Source: Octopus bimaculoides (taxonomy: Eukaryota). Taken from it: a DNA stretch of 40,207 bases. A program made the position numbers and the translations under genes. Below, piece after piece: positions 11,969-25,294 of this stretch (within the stretch, counting starts at the first letter, position 1; each line of letters starts with the position of its first letter). The notes beneath the pieces are model-generated. The model was not told the origin of the DNA, made no database searches, and saw only the letters and a list, made by a program, of their open reading frames with translations. Where the stretch lies: NCBI RefSeq assembly GCF_001194135.2, contig NC_068998.1, positions 52,208,327 to 52,248,533 on the forward strand. Direction: 5' to 3'.

Positions 11969-12008
<40 letters not shown>

Positions 12009-12692
12009 TCAGACAGGCAGACAAATAGACAGATAGATAGATAGATAGATAGACAGATAGATAAAAGAGGGATACACTGTCTCTGAAGTGCAAGGAAGCA
12101 AGCATATACACCCGTACAAAACAGACTAATTTTTGTTTATATATATGCATACATATGTATTTACATACATACATATATATAATATATATATATNNNNNNN
12201 NNNNNNNNNNNNNNNNNNNNNNNNNNNNNNNNNNNNNNNNNNNNNNNNNNNNNNNNNNNNNNNNNNNNNNNNNNNNNNNNNNNNNNNNNNNNNNNNNNNN
12301 NNNNNNNNNNNNNNNNNNNNNNNNNNNNNNNNNNNNNNNNNNNNNNNNNNNNNNNNNNNNNNNNNNNNNNNNNNNNNNNNNNNNNNNNNNNNNNNNNNNN
12401 NNNNNNNNNNNNNNNNNNNNNNNNNNNNNNNNNNNNNNNNNNNNNNNNNNNNNNNNNNNNNNNNNNNNNNNNNNNNNNNNNNNNNNNNNNNNNNNNNNNN
12501 NNNNNNNNNNNNNNNNNNNNNNNNNNNNNNNNNNNNNNNNNNNNNNNNNNNNNNNNNNNNNNNNNNNNNNNNNNNNNNNNNNNNNNNNNNNNNNNNNNNN
12601 NNNNNNNNNNNNNNNNNNNNNNNNNNNNNNNNNNNNNNNNNNNNNNNNNNNNNNNNNNNNNNNNNNNNNNNNNNNNNNCACTCTCTCTCTTA

Positions 12693-12729
<37 letters not shown>

Positions 12730-13093
12730 TATCAACGTACACACCCGGTCGCATGCACAAACGCCCACACTCTCACAGACGCACGGTGCAACGAAACAAA
12801 CTAGATTTGATTCCCTGATAAAAAGAAGAGTGAAAGGGGCCACCAGGTTGTTTGCTTTACCTTCCTGGGTCTACATTAAGGGAGTTTCCCTTCTTCCTTT
12901 TTTTTTTAATCGAGACTATAAGGAGGATAATGGGAGGCATATCGTCGCCCTATGTTTGTTTGGCTGAGTGAGCACGTGTGAGTGTGTGTGTCTATAAATA
13001 TATATATATATGTGTGTGTATATATATTTATATGTAAATATATAATTTTACATATACGCAAAGATACAGATATACATGTATGCATATATACAC

Positions 13094-13138
<45 letters not shown>

Positions 13139-13385
13139 TATGGTCGTGTGCGTGTGCGTGTGTCTGTGTATGCATATATCAGACAATCTTTCAATCTTAG
13201 CCTGTGTCTGTCTACTTAACAAATCACATAAACGCGCACGCGCGAGCACACACGCAAACACACAAACACACACACATATACATACAAACATATACACACA
13301 TACACACACTTCAGTATTGTCATACATAACTTAATAATTTGTATGTACAAATATGTACTTGTACAGCTGTACGTATACACAAGGA

Positions 13386-13387
<2 letters not shown>

Positions 13388-13446
<59 letters not shown>
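13388..13446. repeat. (TA)n microsatellite
   Basis: Directly visible pure run. Confidence 0.97.
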
Positions 13447-13449
<3 letters not shown>

Positions 13450-15614
13450 TATATGCGTGTGTGTATGTATATATAAGCATGTACATATTCATATATATAT
13501 ATATATAGATATACACACACACACACGTATACAGGCTATATATATTCACGTACGCACATACATGCCTATTTTAATTCTCCATTGCAATTAGACAGGACCG
13601 GGTATAAAAGTGGGATTGTACCCTTAAGCACTACCAGTTAACGGATGGTGACCAGATAGCAGCCCTTTAATTTCCCACGACAATGCTTATTAACCCACAA
13701 TGATACATCCCCTCCCCTCAAACAAGGCAGGATGGCCTCTGTTTTTTTTTTTTTTTTTTTTCACAAAGAAACTGCTGTCATCTCCTTATTTATTATTGTG
13801 CATTTATCCGTCGCCTTTCTGGCAATATTAAGGAAAACACCATTATTATTATTATTATTATTATTATTNNNNNNNNNNNNNNNNNNNNNNNNNNNNNNNN
13901 NNNNNNNNNNNNNNNNNNNNNNNNNNNNNNNNNNNNNNNNNNNNNNNNNNNNNNNNNNNNNNNNNNNNNNNNNNNNNNNNNNNNNNNNNNNNNNNNNNNN
14001 NNNNNNNNNNNNNNNNNNNNNNNNNNNNNNNNNNNNNNNNNNNNNNNNNNNNNNNNNNNNNNNNNNNNNNNNNNNNNNNNNNNNNNNNNNNNNNNNNNNN
14101 NNNNNNNNNNNNNNNNNNNNNNNNNNNNNNNNNNNNNNNNNNNNNNNNNNNNNNNNNNNNNNNNNNNNNNNNNNNNNNNNNNNNNNNNNNNNNNNNNNNN
14201 NNNNNNNNNNNNNNNNNNNNNNNNNNNNNNNNNNNNNNNNNNNNNNNNNNNNNNNNNNNNNNNNNNNNNNNNNNNNNNNNNNNNNNNNNNNNNNNNNNNN
14301 NNNNNNNNNNNNNNNNNNNNNNNNNNNNNNNNNNNNNNNNNNNNNNNNNNNNNNNNNNNNNNNNNNNNNNNNNNNNNNNNNNNNNNNNNNNNNNNNNNNN
14401 NNNNNNNNNNNNNNNNNNNNNNNNNNNNNNNNNNNNNNNNNNNNNNNNNNNNNNNNNNNNNNNNNNNNNNNNNNNNNNNNTATATATATATAATGTATAT
14501 ATGTGTGTATTTATGAGTGCTCAAGTAGTCATATGTCGATATTATTACGTTTCTATAAGTAATTTTGCCATCATAGTGACACTAATTCACAAGCTTACTT
14601 CACTCGCGAGAAATAACAGCTAACTACCCGGTCAAATCACCGCCATTTTGTGCCTCGATATATAAATAACCAAATAAAATAAAAATGAAAACGTCGCATT
14701 ATATTGTCACGGCTGGAGCGCCAACAACAATAACCGCCACAACAACAACGACCATTATAGTAACAACAGCAACAACAACACAAGGGACCTTCATAGTTGT
14801 AGAATGTTCTGTACCTTCGGCCATTATTGAATGTTTGTCCAAGATTTCCCGCTTCTAGCTTACGTCTGTCGTCGTAATCAAACCTTGCGTTGTTGTTCGG
14901 CTCAGGACTGGGGTCATTGCGTGCATCATATCACCATCAGAATCTAAGTTATTGTGCAACCATGATGGCGTCCACTGAATGTGCAACACAAATATTAACA
15001 CGCATATAAGCACACACACACAAACATACACCCACACACACACGCTCACGCACGCACACAAGCACGCATACACAAATGCACGTACGTAATGCTATATCTT
15101 CATCTATAACTGTATATGTATATGAATGTAAGCATACATATATATGTATATCTACGTAAGTCTATATTATATATAATACTTACTATCTGTCTTTCTATTT
15201 ATTTCTCTCTCTCTCTGTATGTATATATCTCTGTATATATACATATACACACACACATATATACATATATATATATGCATATATCTACACACATACACAC
15301 CCAAGTATATATATGTATATATGCATATATAGTTAACTGTTCCGTTAAAGTTGGATCAACAGGAAAAAGTACTCCATCCTGTTAAAGATTACCGTTTAAT
15401 GTACACTGTATTAAAAGAAGAGCTAATGTTGGTTTCTTGCCATTAAGACACGTGGTTAGGCAGATTTTTATAACTTGCCTTGTGTCGCTAAGCGATGTTC
15501 AAGCTCTGAGGTCATGGTTTGAGAAAGCACGAGAAAAAACTTGAAGAAGGTTGAAGCAGAAAGTGGAATGAGAAGAGAAAAGGTGAATAAAAACAGAAAA
15601 AGAAAACAAAATCA

Positions 15615-15793
15615 GTTTCAAATTTTGGCACAATGCCAGCAATGTCAGAGTGTTCATTTGGTAATTGTTTTATCGGCCGCGATGGAATGAAAGGCAAAGT
15701 CAACCTAGGCGGAATTTGATCTCAGAACGTAAAGACGGACGAAATGCTGCCGAACATTTTCCCCGGCGTGCTTTACGATTCTGCCAGCTCACC
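15615..15793 (-). mobile_element. tRNA-derived SINE (family B), diverged
   Basis: Minus strand GGTGAGCTGGCAGAATCGTAAAGCACGCCGGG...GTTCTGAGATCAAATTCCGCC...GCCTTTCATTCCATC...TGTGCCAAAATTTGAAAC. Confidence 0.85.
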
Positions 15794-15799
15794 AACTTC

Positions 15800-15859
<60 letters not shown>

Positions 15860-15876
15860 CTAATAACAATAATAAT
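15800..15876. repeat. (AAT)n microsatellite at the 3' tail of the adjacent SINE
   Basis: Lies immediately 3' (minus strand) of the copy at 15878-16097. Confidence 0.9.
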
Positions 15877-15877
15877 C

Positions 15878-16097
15878 CTTTCTACTGGAAGCGCAAAGCC
15901 TCAAATTTGGGGGAAGGGATCATGTTGATTACATCGACCCCAGTGTCCCAGTGCGTAACTGGTACTTATTTAGTCGACCCCAAAAGGATGAATGGCAAAG
16001 TCGACCTCGGCGGAATTTGAACTCAGAACGTAAAGACGGACAAAATGCTGCTAAACAGTTTTGTCCGGCTGTTGATGATTCTGCCAGTTCGCTGCCT
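15878..16097 (-). mobile_element. tRNA-derived SINE (family B)
   Basis: Minus strand AGGCAGCGAACTGGCAGAA...GTTCTGAGTTCAAATTCCGCCGAGGTCGACTTTGCC...TAAGTACCAGTTACGCACTGGG; carries a small internal duplication (CCCAGTG x2). Confidence 0.88.
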
Positions 16098-16479
16098 TAA
16101 TAATTATTATTAGAGTAACGAATGGCAAAATATGTTGGTCAATCTCCGACGCCGGTTAATGACATCAACTTGGTCAACGCATCAGGAATGGCCTTGAAGT
16201 ACTTTTACACCAGAAATTGGTGATCATAATGTTTGACACGGCTTATATTAAAATATTAATATGTTAGCAGTCAATTCATTATAATATTTATAATGTACAT
16301 ACATATACACCCACGCACACACACATAGAAGAATAAATGTATGTATGTCTGTCTGTATGCTTGTATGTACGTACGTATGTATGTGTGTGTGATTGTGTGT
16401 GCGTTTGTGCCTGTGCGTGTTTTTATATATAATATATATATATATTTGTATATATATACATCATGTAACCTCGTGGGCA

Positions 16480-16640
16480 TCGGTACCATTTTCCTCTTTC
16501 TCCGTTCTTCCATTCTCCGAACTTTCCATCTTTCCGACGAAGGGCTACGCCCGAAACGTCATACACTCTCTCTTTCCTTTCCTGAGCGTCCAATAATACT
16601 ATCCATATCACGTCCTCACTTTGTTGTTTTTTTGTTTTTT
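16480..16640 (+). mobile_element. Probable Penelope-like element terminal-repeat remnant
   Basis: Pyrimidine-rich segment containing a minimal hammerhead-like motif; such motifs are an established feature of Penelope-like element pLTRs. No RT or GIY-YIG coding sequence is visible. Confidence 0.45.
16534..16560 (+). ncRNA. Minimal type I hammerhead ribozyme-like motif (variant core)
   Basis: CCGACGA-A-GGGC-TAC-GCCC-GAAA-C-GTC: core CUGANGA with U4C, an extra A before a 4-bp stem II, GAAA, then CGUC giving an NUH triplet. Stem I pairing is poor. Confidence 0.5.
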
Positions 16641-16953
16641 TGTTATTGTGTTTTTGAACTATATATATATATATATATATACATANNNNNNNNNNNNNNN
16701 NNNNNNNNNNNNNNNNNNNNNNNNNNNNNNNNNNNNNNNNNNNNNNNNNNNNNNNNNNNNNNNNNNNNNNNNNNNNNNNNNNNNNNNNNNNNNNNNNNNN
16801 NNNNNNNNNNNNNNNNNNNNNNNNNNNNNNNNNNNNNNNNNNNNNNNNNNNNNNNNNNNNNNNNNNNNNNNNNNNNNNNNNNNNNNNNNNNNNNNNNNNN
16901 NNNNNNNNNNNNNNNNNNNNNNNNNNNNNNNNNNNNNNNNNNNNNNNNNNNNN

Positions 16954-16991
<38 letters not shown>

Positions 16992-17106
16992 TGAGTGTGT
17001 GTGTGTGTGTGTGCTGTGTGATAGATAAGTATGCATGTATGCACACATACTAGACTCACAGACTCACATACAGACACACATACGCACACACACACACACA
17101 TATATG

Positions 17107-17138
<32 letters not shown>

Positions 17139-17647
17139 TAGTATATGTGTTTGTGAGTGTATACACATATAACACTATCTCCCTCTACTAAACTCAGTTT
17201 ATACACACACACACACACTCAGTGACAGACTCAAGTAACATATATTCGTGTATGTATGTATATTTGTATCTATTTATGTATGTATGTATGTATGCATGTA
17301 TATATGTATGTCTATATCTACCTACCTACCTACCTACCTACCTACCTACCTACCTGTATATATCTATCTATCTATCTAACTATCTGTCTATCTATCTCAG
17401 TATATGTAAATATATTACTATATTAATTATCTGAGTCTTTGTAGATGTATGTGTGTATATTGTGTATATATGTATGGAAGCCAATGTACGCATAGGTAAT
17501 TGGTTACGTGGATATGTAACAATAAAATAATAAACATTTGTGTAATTAAATTTAATCAAACGAATGGAGCAGTGCATCCGTTTTGACGTGACATAGTTAC
17601 GAATTAATACCTATATTCGGTATGGGAGCGTGCAGGGTGTGTGTGCA

Positions 17648-17692
<45 letters not shown>

Positions 17693-17954
17693 ACACTCAC
17701 AGAGTTTGTATGTGTGTATAAGTATGTTGGCTATTATGACCGCATGCGTGTCTGTATTATACATATATGTGCATATGTATATACGCACCTATTTGTATGT
17801 GTGTGTATGTATGTATATACATATATGTATGTGTGTGTGTGTGTGTGTTTATATATATGCATCTATCTATCTGTATATATATTGTTTATATGTTAAATGA
17901 AATTATATTCATATACCTTTATTTATCATTACATACACATTAATGAATTCATAA

Positions 17955-17990
<36 letters not shown>

Positions 17991-18582
17991 NNNNNNNNNN
18001 NNNNNNNNNNNNNNNNNNNNNNNNNNNNNNNNNNNNNNNNNNNNNNNNNNNNNNNNNNNNNNNNNNNNNNNNNNNNNNNNNNNNNNNNNNNNNNNNNNNN
18101 NNNNNNNNNNNNNNNNNNNNNNNNNNNNNNNNNNNNNNNNNNNNNNNNNNNNNNNNNNNNNNNNNNNNNNNNNNNNNNNNNNNNNNNNNNNNNNNNNNNN
18201 NNNNNNNNNNNNNNNNNNNNNNNNNNNNNNNNNNNNNNNNNNNNNNNNNNNNNNNNNNNNNNNNNNNNNNNNNNNNNNNNNNNNNNNNNNNNNNNNNNNN
18301 NNNNNNNNNNNNNNNNNNNNNNNNNNNNNNNNNNNNNNNNNNNNNNNNNNNNNNNNNNNNNNNNNNNNNNNNNNNNNNNNNNNNNNNNNNNNNNNNNNNN
18401 NNNNNNNNNNNNNNNNNNNNNNNNNNNNNNNNNNNNNNNNNNNNNNNNNNNNNNNNNNNNNNNNNNNNNNNNNNNNNNNNNNNNNNNNNNNNNNNNNNNN
18501 NNNNNNNNNNNNNNNNNNNNNNNNNNNNNNNNNNNNNNNNNNNNNNNNNNNNNNNNNNNNNNNNNNNNNNNNNNNNNNNNNN

Positions 18583-18617
<35 letters not shown>

Positions 18618-19049
18618 ATGTATATGTATATGTATGTATGTATGTATGTATGTATATGTGATAAACTGATAAACTGATAAACTATAGTTATATGTGTAGG
18701 AAAGGAGGTAGGTAGGGGTGAATATAGTTGTTTCGCTTCACATCCCATTCTAAAATTCAAAACACTGGAGTCAAGGTAGCTGGGGAGTGGGTACGAATGT
18801 GTCTCATTGTTTTCACGCAACCACTTATGTTAATGTCCGTTTAAATGTAATTACTTTATTACAGCAGTTATGAGCATCCGTAATTTACTTTTTATTTTCC
18901 TCTTTTGTTTCATTTAATAAATGTAATTTGTAGTTTCACTTTCACTTTCATAATTGGAAATTGGAATCGTTCTTATTATAGATAGTTAATGGGCGAATGG
19001 GAGTTAGAAAGGAAGGAAAGGAAGAAATACAGTAATGGGATGAGAGAAA

Positions 19050-19086
<37 letters not shown>

Positions 19087-20139
19087 AGAAAGAAAAGATA
19101 AGAGGGAAAAAGAGACAGACATAAAGGGAATGTTGCGAATTTAAATGAAAATAAATGTGTGTGTGTTTGTGTGTGTGTATGTATATATGAGCGTATATGT
19201 TTGTGTGCATCTATGTGGAAATTTTGAGTATATACGTATATATGTGTGTAAAATGATATATTTACTTTACATATCTGTGTGCTTGTATATATANNNNNNN
19301 NNNNNNNNNNNNNNNNNNNNNNNNNNNNNNNNNNNNNNNNNNNNNNNNNNNNNNNNNNNNNNNNNNNNNNNNNNNNNNNNNNNNNNNNNNNNNNNNNNNN
19401 NNNNNNNNNNNNNNNNNNNNNNNNNNNNNNNNNNNNNNNNNNNNNNNNNNNNNNNNNNNNNNNNNNNNNNNNNNNNNNNNNNNNNNNNNNNNNNNNNNNN
19501 NNNNNNNNNNNNNNNNNNNNNNNNNNNNNNNNNNNNNNNNNNNNNNNNNNNNNNNNNNNNNNNNNNNNNNNNNNNNNNNNNNNNNNNNNNNNNNNNNNNN
19601 NNNNNNNNNNNNNNNNNNNNNNNNNNNNNNNNNNNNNNNNNNNNNNNNNNNNNNNNNNNNNNNNNNNNNNNNNNNNNNNNNNNNNNNNNNNNNNNNNNNN
19701 NNNNNNNNNNNNNNNNNNNNNNNNNNNNNNNNNNNNNNNNNNNNNNNNNNNNNNNNNNNNNNNNNNNNNNNNNNNNNNNNNNNNNNNNNNNNNNNNNNNN
19801 NNNNNNNNNNNNNNNNNNNNNNNNNNNNNNNNNNNNNNNNNNNNNNNNNNNNNNNNNNNNNNNNNNNNNNNNNNNNNNNNNNNNNNNNNNNNNNNNNNNN
19901 NNNNNNNNNNNNNNNNNNNNNNNNNNNNNNNNNNNNNNNNNNNNNNNNNNNNNNNNNNNNNNNNNNNNNNNNNNNNNNNNNNNNNNNNNATAGTTTGAAA
20001 ATAACATTACAACTGTGATACTAGATGATATAAATGGCGAAAGAAACACATTTGGAAATGTGATAATAAAAGAAGAAAGAAGGAACCACCGGCTGTCTTG
20101 GTGTTATGTCATTGAGTTCAGTGCAAGAAAGATGGGACA

Positions 20140-20401
20140 CGTCGCCATCCTCCTCCTCCTCATCATCATCATCGCCATCACCACTACCAACACCGTCGTC
20201 GACGTCGTCGTCCCCACCACCACCACCACCACCACCATCATCACCATCATTATCATCATCAGCATTGTTTTTGTTATAATTATCATTACTGTTATCCTCC
20301 TCCTCCTCCTCCTCCTCTCCATCATCATCATCATCATCATCATCACTATCATTATTTCTATTATTGTTATCATTATTGCTATTATTATTATTAATATAAA
20401 T

Positions 20402-20443
<42 letters not shown>

Positions 20444-20545
20444 TTCATCATCATAACTTCATCATCATCAACATCATCATCATCATCATCTTCATCATAA
20501 CTTCATCATCATCATCATCATCATCGTCATCATCGTCATCATCAT
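20140..20545. repeat. Compound (CAT)/(CAC)/(CCT)/(ATT) trinucleotide microsatellite
   Basis: Directly visible; source of the poly-I and poly-M pseudo-ORFs. Confidence 0.95.
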
Positions 20546-20923
20546 TAATACAAAAGGCTGAAAGCGAGGAGCCTTGAAAGATCCTGTAATGAGTTTTGAT
20601 AAACGTATTCTTCCTGACCCTTTCTCCCCGAACGAAAGTCCTCTCATTGACGGTAGACACGCAAGCCTCATCGAAAATGTTGGCTGGAGAGGCACACACA
20701 GTGACACACATACACATATACGCATGCACACACACTTACGTATATATGTATATGTATATATATACATACATGAATATACATATATACATACATACATGAA
20801 TATATATGTTATAAGTACTTATAACACACACACACACACACACACATATATACACACAAATATATGTATACAAATACATACATATACATACATAAACGTG
20901 AATAAATCATACATGTATATGTA

Positions 20924-20959
<36 letters not shown>

Positions 20960-21209
20960 CGAGTGTATATGTTTGTATGTATGCATGTACAGTGATGTTC
21001 AGATATTCGTCACTCGCGAGCGAGTAGAGCTTGGTATCAGATACTATACTTTTGCAAATCGTTTTGGGTGCCTGTGGAGTCCCGAGCAGACATGGACACA
21101 ACTTCAACTTACCTGCTAAAACTGACGTAGCGAGACTTCCACTTTGTGACAGCTGGATGGAAAGACAGAGAGAGACAGGGAGACGAACAGACAGACACAG
21201 AGCGGGTTT

Positions 21210-21333
21210 GGTAACTATGTAGACGAAGATGACATTAAATGAAGCGCCTTGCTCAAGGATAAAGCGAGTTGCTTTACCCAAGAACTGAACCCGAGATCTT
21301 ATGATAGTAAGACCAGCGTCTCTAGGCTACGTG
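21210..21333 (-). mobile_element. Decayed tRNA-headed CORE-like SINE fragment
   Basis: Minus strand GTAGCCTAGAGACGCTGG...CTCGGGTTCAGTTC...ATCCTTGAGCAAGGCGCTTCATTT; the CTTGAGCAAG segment matches the family A body at 2841-2851. Confidence 0.55.
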
Positions 21334-21458
21334 CTTTCTGTATGCCTGGAAGTATATAACATATAATATCACTGTACCACTGAATGAACCAGATTATCAG
21401 ATGTCATCATACAACGCTGGTCACAATGCACTTCCAAACAATGTTGTTGCTTTCAAAC

Positions 21459-21620
21459 GCGGTGAACTGGCCGAAAGGTTAGAACGCCGGGCGAAATGCT
21501 TAGCGGTATTTCGTCTGTCTTTACGTTCTGAGTTCAGATTCCGCCGATGTCGACTTTGCCTTTCATCCTTTCGGGATCGATTAAAAAATTACCAGCTGCG
21601 TACTGGTTTGTTCTAATCGA
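21459..21620 (+). mobile_element. tRNA-derived SINE (family B), 3'-truncated
   Basis: GCGGTGAACTGG...GTTCTGAGTTCAGATTCCGCCGATGTCGACTTTGCCTTTCATCCTTTCGGG. Confidence 0.85.
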
Positions 21621-22045
21621 CAAAATAGAGCACAAAATACCTCTCGACCGGACGTGGCACTGAAACGCTGGGACCCGGGGCGGCACTGTGCGTTTAATGT
21701 GTCGATGTTCACAAAGTCTTGCAATTCAAATCAGTTCACGTAGATAATCACGCTCTTCATCGACGGACGAGCCGAGTGAATACAGGGAAATTTATCAGGA
21801 GAAAGTAATGTCATATACACTCGTAATACATTGACAGGTATATAGACTCATAGGCACACATGCATACATACACACGTACACATATGCATGTATACATTTA
21901 TACATATATATAATTGTATAAGTACACGCAGAAATATATACACATACATACTCACATACAGACATACACACACATATGTATGCATGTATATATATTTATA
22001 TATGCTTGCGGATATGCACATATATAAACATACATACATGCAACC

Positions 22046-22108
<63 letters not shown>

Positions 22109-22807
22109 GTATTACACACATGCCCACGTACGCATACACACATATATGTCTATGTCTATGCACATTTGTATGCATGCATATATATATAAACACACATACA
22201 TACATAAATATACGTCCATCCATACACACACACACGCACAGACACACACACATACATACATATCAGTGCAACGTTTATTTCCCCGACTTTTAATCCACAA
22301 CCCACCTTCGGTTTTTCTGTCTCCAAAATGTCCGTCCGCCGCTGACTTTGACTGGCGCCATCTTGCCACCAGCTGTCACAGATCATTTGCGAAGCTATTG
22401 CTGTTATAAAGCTTCCAATGCCACATTCTGCCAGTTGTCTGTCTAATGCAAATAGCATTTGATCTTTCACGTTGGACATCTTCAACAATCACCTTCCGTT
22501 CTTACGTGTCTATGTATTATATATATATAATATATATANNNNNNNNNNTGTATATGTATGCATATATACTTTTTTATCTCTATTCTAAATCAATACATTG
22601 GAAACTTGTTTTTAGTTATCGCACCTTTTCTTTTGCTAATACTTTTTCGACGCTAGCCTCTCTCCCCTTTGCTACGCTTCAGCAAAATTAAATTCCTCAC
22701 AGAAAATTGCTCCGCCTGGGCGGGTCGATCGCTATTAAAAGATTGCTTGCACAAAAGTCATTTTATCAATATACGGAATGTCAAACAGCATTTTCACCAT
22801 TAACGTT

Positions 22808-23027
22808 GTTTCTACTTTAAGCACAAGGCCTGCAATTTTGGCGGTAGAAGATAGGATCTAAGCGATTGCATAGACCCCCAGTGCTTAGCTAATACTTATT
22901 TTTTTGACCCCCGAAAGGATGAAAGGCAAAGTTGCCCTCGGCGGAATTTGAACTCAGAACATAAAGACGGACGAAATGTCGCCATGCATCTTGTCCGGAG
23001 TGCTAAGAACTCAGCCAGCTTGTCGTC
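22808..23027 (-). mobile_element. tRNA-derived SINE (family B)
   Basis: Core 22910-22977 is 62/68 identical (manual count) to the reverse complement of 21508-21575. Confidence 0.87.
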
Positions 23028-23604
23028 CCATTAATAATAATTTAAAGCGATCTATCGCCATCTCCTACAAATTCTTTTGTTTGCAGTACCTATAGCAAAT
23101 ATTCCATCGTCCCCAGGTTCGGTAATGCTCGCTCTAAACACTCGATGTGATTTTTAATTTATGTATCTGTGTTAATCCACTCTGGAAATGCTTTGTTAGG
23201 TGCTTGGAAATATAGTGTCACTGATAACAGATATCTATAACATGGTTGAAGGAAAATACCTCATAGGTGTCTGCTGTCTTCTAAATAGCCTTACAATAGG
23301 ATTTTAGCAGAAGAATAGCCAAGTTTCAGTGTAATATTCCTTAACACTTATGCCCTCTGAGAATATGATTAAATACTAAATTTAAATATTGTGTAGCTAC
23401 ATTACTTTTCACATTCATACTAAATGCTGGATTCAACCATAGTACCTTTTTGGGCCTAGTTCAGCGAGAGCTAGTATATAACATAAAAAGTTGCAAAACT
23501 TCGATTAAATTATTAAATCTAAGGAATTACAAAACAAAAAATTCCTCTTGAAGTATTTTAGATTCTGAAAAAATTAAAAGGATGGGAGATAACGCCAATA
23601 AACT

Positions 23605-23769
23605 TAATCGATAGAGACTCTATTTCGTAGTTTCGGGGTCTCGACGATGTGATAGTTTATCTTTAGAATGACATTGTAGATGTTTAGAGGCCAAATATGA
23701 CCAGTTTGAACACAAAATAAGTAGAATATTTTGGTTTGGATATGGTCAGTTTTCATGGTAAAGGGTCAA
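23605..23769 (-). mobile_element. Possible non-autonomous DNA transposon fragment (TTAA-CCCTT-type terminus)
   Basis: Minus strand begins TTGACCCTTTACC...CCATATCC...AATATTCTAC...CTACAATGTCATTCTAAA, resembling a common octopod MITE as I recall it; the opposite terminus was not found. Confidence 0.35.
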
Positions 23770-24464
23770 AGACAATTGCTGGGTATAGAATGAATTAAGA
23801 GTTCCGGCTGCCAATCCAAATATGACCTGATACCGAGGTTAGGCACCAAAACTTCTTAATATTCTGATTTCAAATTGTACCGAGGCTAATTTGATCCTAT
23901 TCCTTCGAAGATCGATGAAATAAAGTACCAGTCAAGTACAATTAATGAAGTCAGGAGTCAATATCGAAACGAATATACCTTATTTTTTGAAACATCTGTA
24001 TTGTGCTGGGATTTAGAAATCACCAGAACATTTGAATTCATATAACATTTTCAAATCAATAAATAAATTAAAATGAAAAAAGAAAAGAAAAAAATGGTTA
24101 TTAAATGTCAAATATTTGTACGTAAAGATTTTAATCTGGAAACTGCTTGAACTTTCAGACATATCGTTCATTCTCAGTTTGGTAATTTAAAGGTTAAATG
24201 TGTAAACATGCATCACATGTTTAAAACTCAGTCGTACACACGTTTGCACGTGAACCCATACGATCACCTCACACAAATGCAAAACCTCTCATGCAATCAT
24301 TCAAGAGCAAGCACCCGCATATATACTTTCTCACATACAAATAAGCTTATAAATCCGTCCACACCCTGTTACACAACGCAAAAATATATGTTTCAGAAAC
24401 TTGATTACATTCACGTGTATTTAAGTACCAGATTCTACGAAAACATCAATGCATACATAGATAC

Positions 24465-24630
24465 ATGCATACAGGCACACCCACACACATAATGCATATA
24501 CGCACATAGATACATATATACATACATGCACATACGTACACACATGCATACGTACATGCATAAATACCGGCACACACATATACGCATATACATATACACA
24601 CATACATACATGCATATATACACATGCATA

Positions 24631-24663
<33 letters not shown>

Positions 24664-24950
24664 GCACATACATACATGAATACACACATGCATACATACA
24701 TACATGTACATACATACATGTACATACATACATGTACATACATATATGTACATACATACATGTACATACATACATACATACATACATGCACACACATACA
24801 TGGAAACATACATGCATACATACATGCATACACACATGCATACATACATGTACATACATGCACATATACATACATACATACATACATACATGCATACATG
24901 TATACATACATGCACATACATACACATACATACATGCATATGTACATACA
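24465..24950. repeat. Long degenerate (TACA/CATA/CATG)n tetranucleotide tract
   Basis: Directly visible; source of the MYVC and HTY pseudo-ORFs. Confidence 0.95.
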
Positions 24951-25196
24951 GATAGATATTGCATTTATCTATTCACCCTCTCCCACCAACTTTTTCCGCT
25001 CATTATACAGACAGAGATATATATGCATATACATACACATACAAGCACGTTTATATACATGTGTGCGCGCGCGAGTGTATATACATCTGTCTGTCTGTTT
25101 GTCTTTGCGCAGTTTATTCTATGCGTCAGAATTTATAGTACTTAATGTTTGCTAATATGTGCAGATACCTTGGCTGAAGTGTGTTTGTTTGCTTAT

Positions 25197-25211
25197 GTGT
25201 GTGTGTGTGCA

Positions 25212-25290
<79 letters not shown>
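25197..25290. repeat. (TG)n microsatellite
   Basis: Directly visible. Confidence 0.97.

Positions 25291-25294
<4 letters not shown>

Noticed and set aside
13603-13610. TATA box TATAAAAG
   Set aside because: Isolated 8-mer in an AT-rich genome with no downstream exon or other promoter evidence.
24421-25155. Met/Tyr/Cys-rich ORFs superficially like reflectins or other repetitive cephalopod proteins
   Set aside because: These come from (TACA/CATG)n DNA. The reflectin M/FD-x5-MD repeat and its Asp/Arg content are absent, and similar ORFs appear in every frame.
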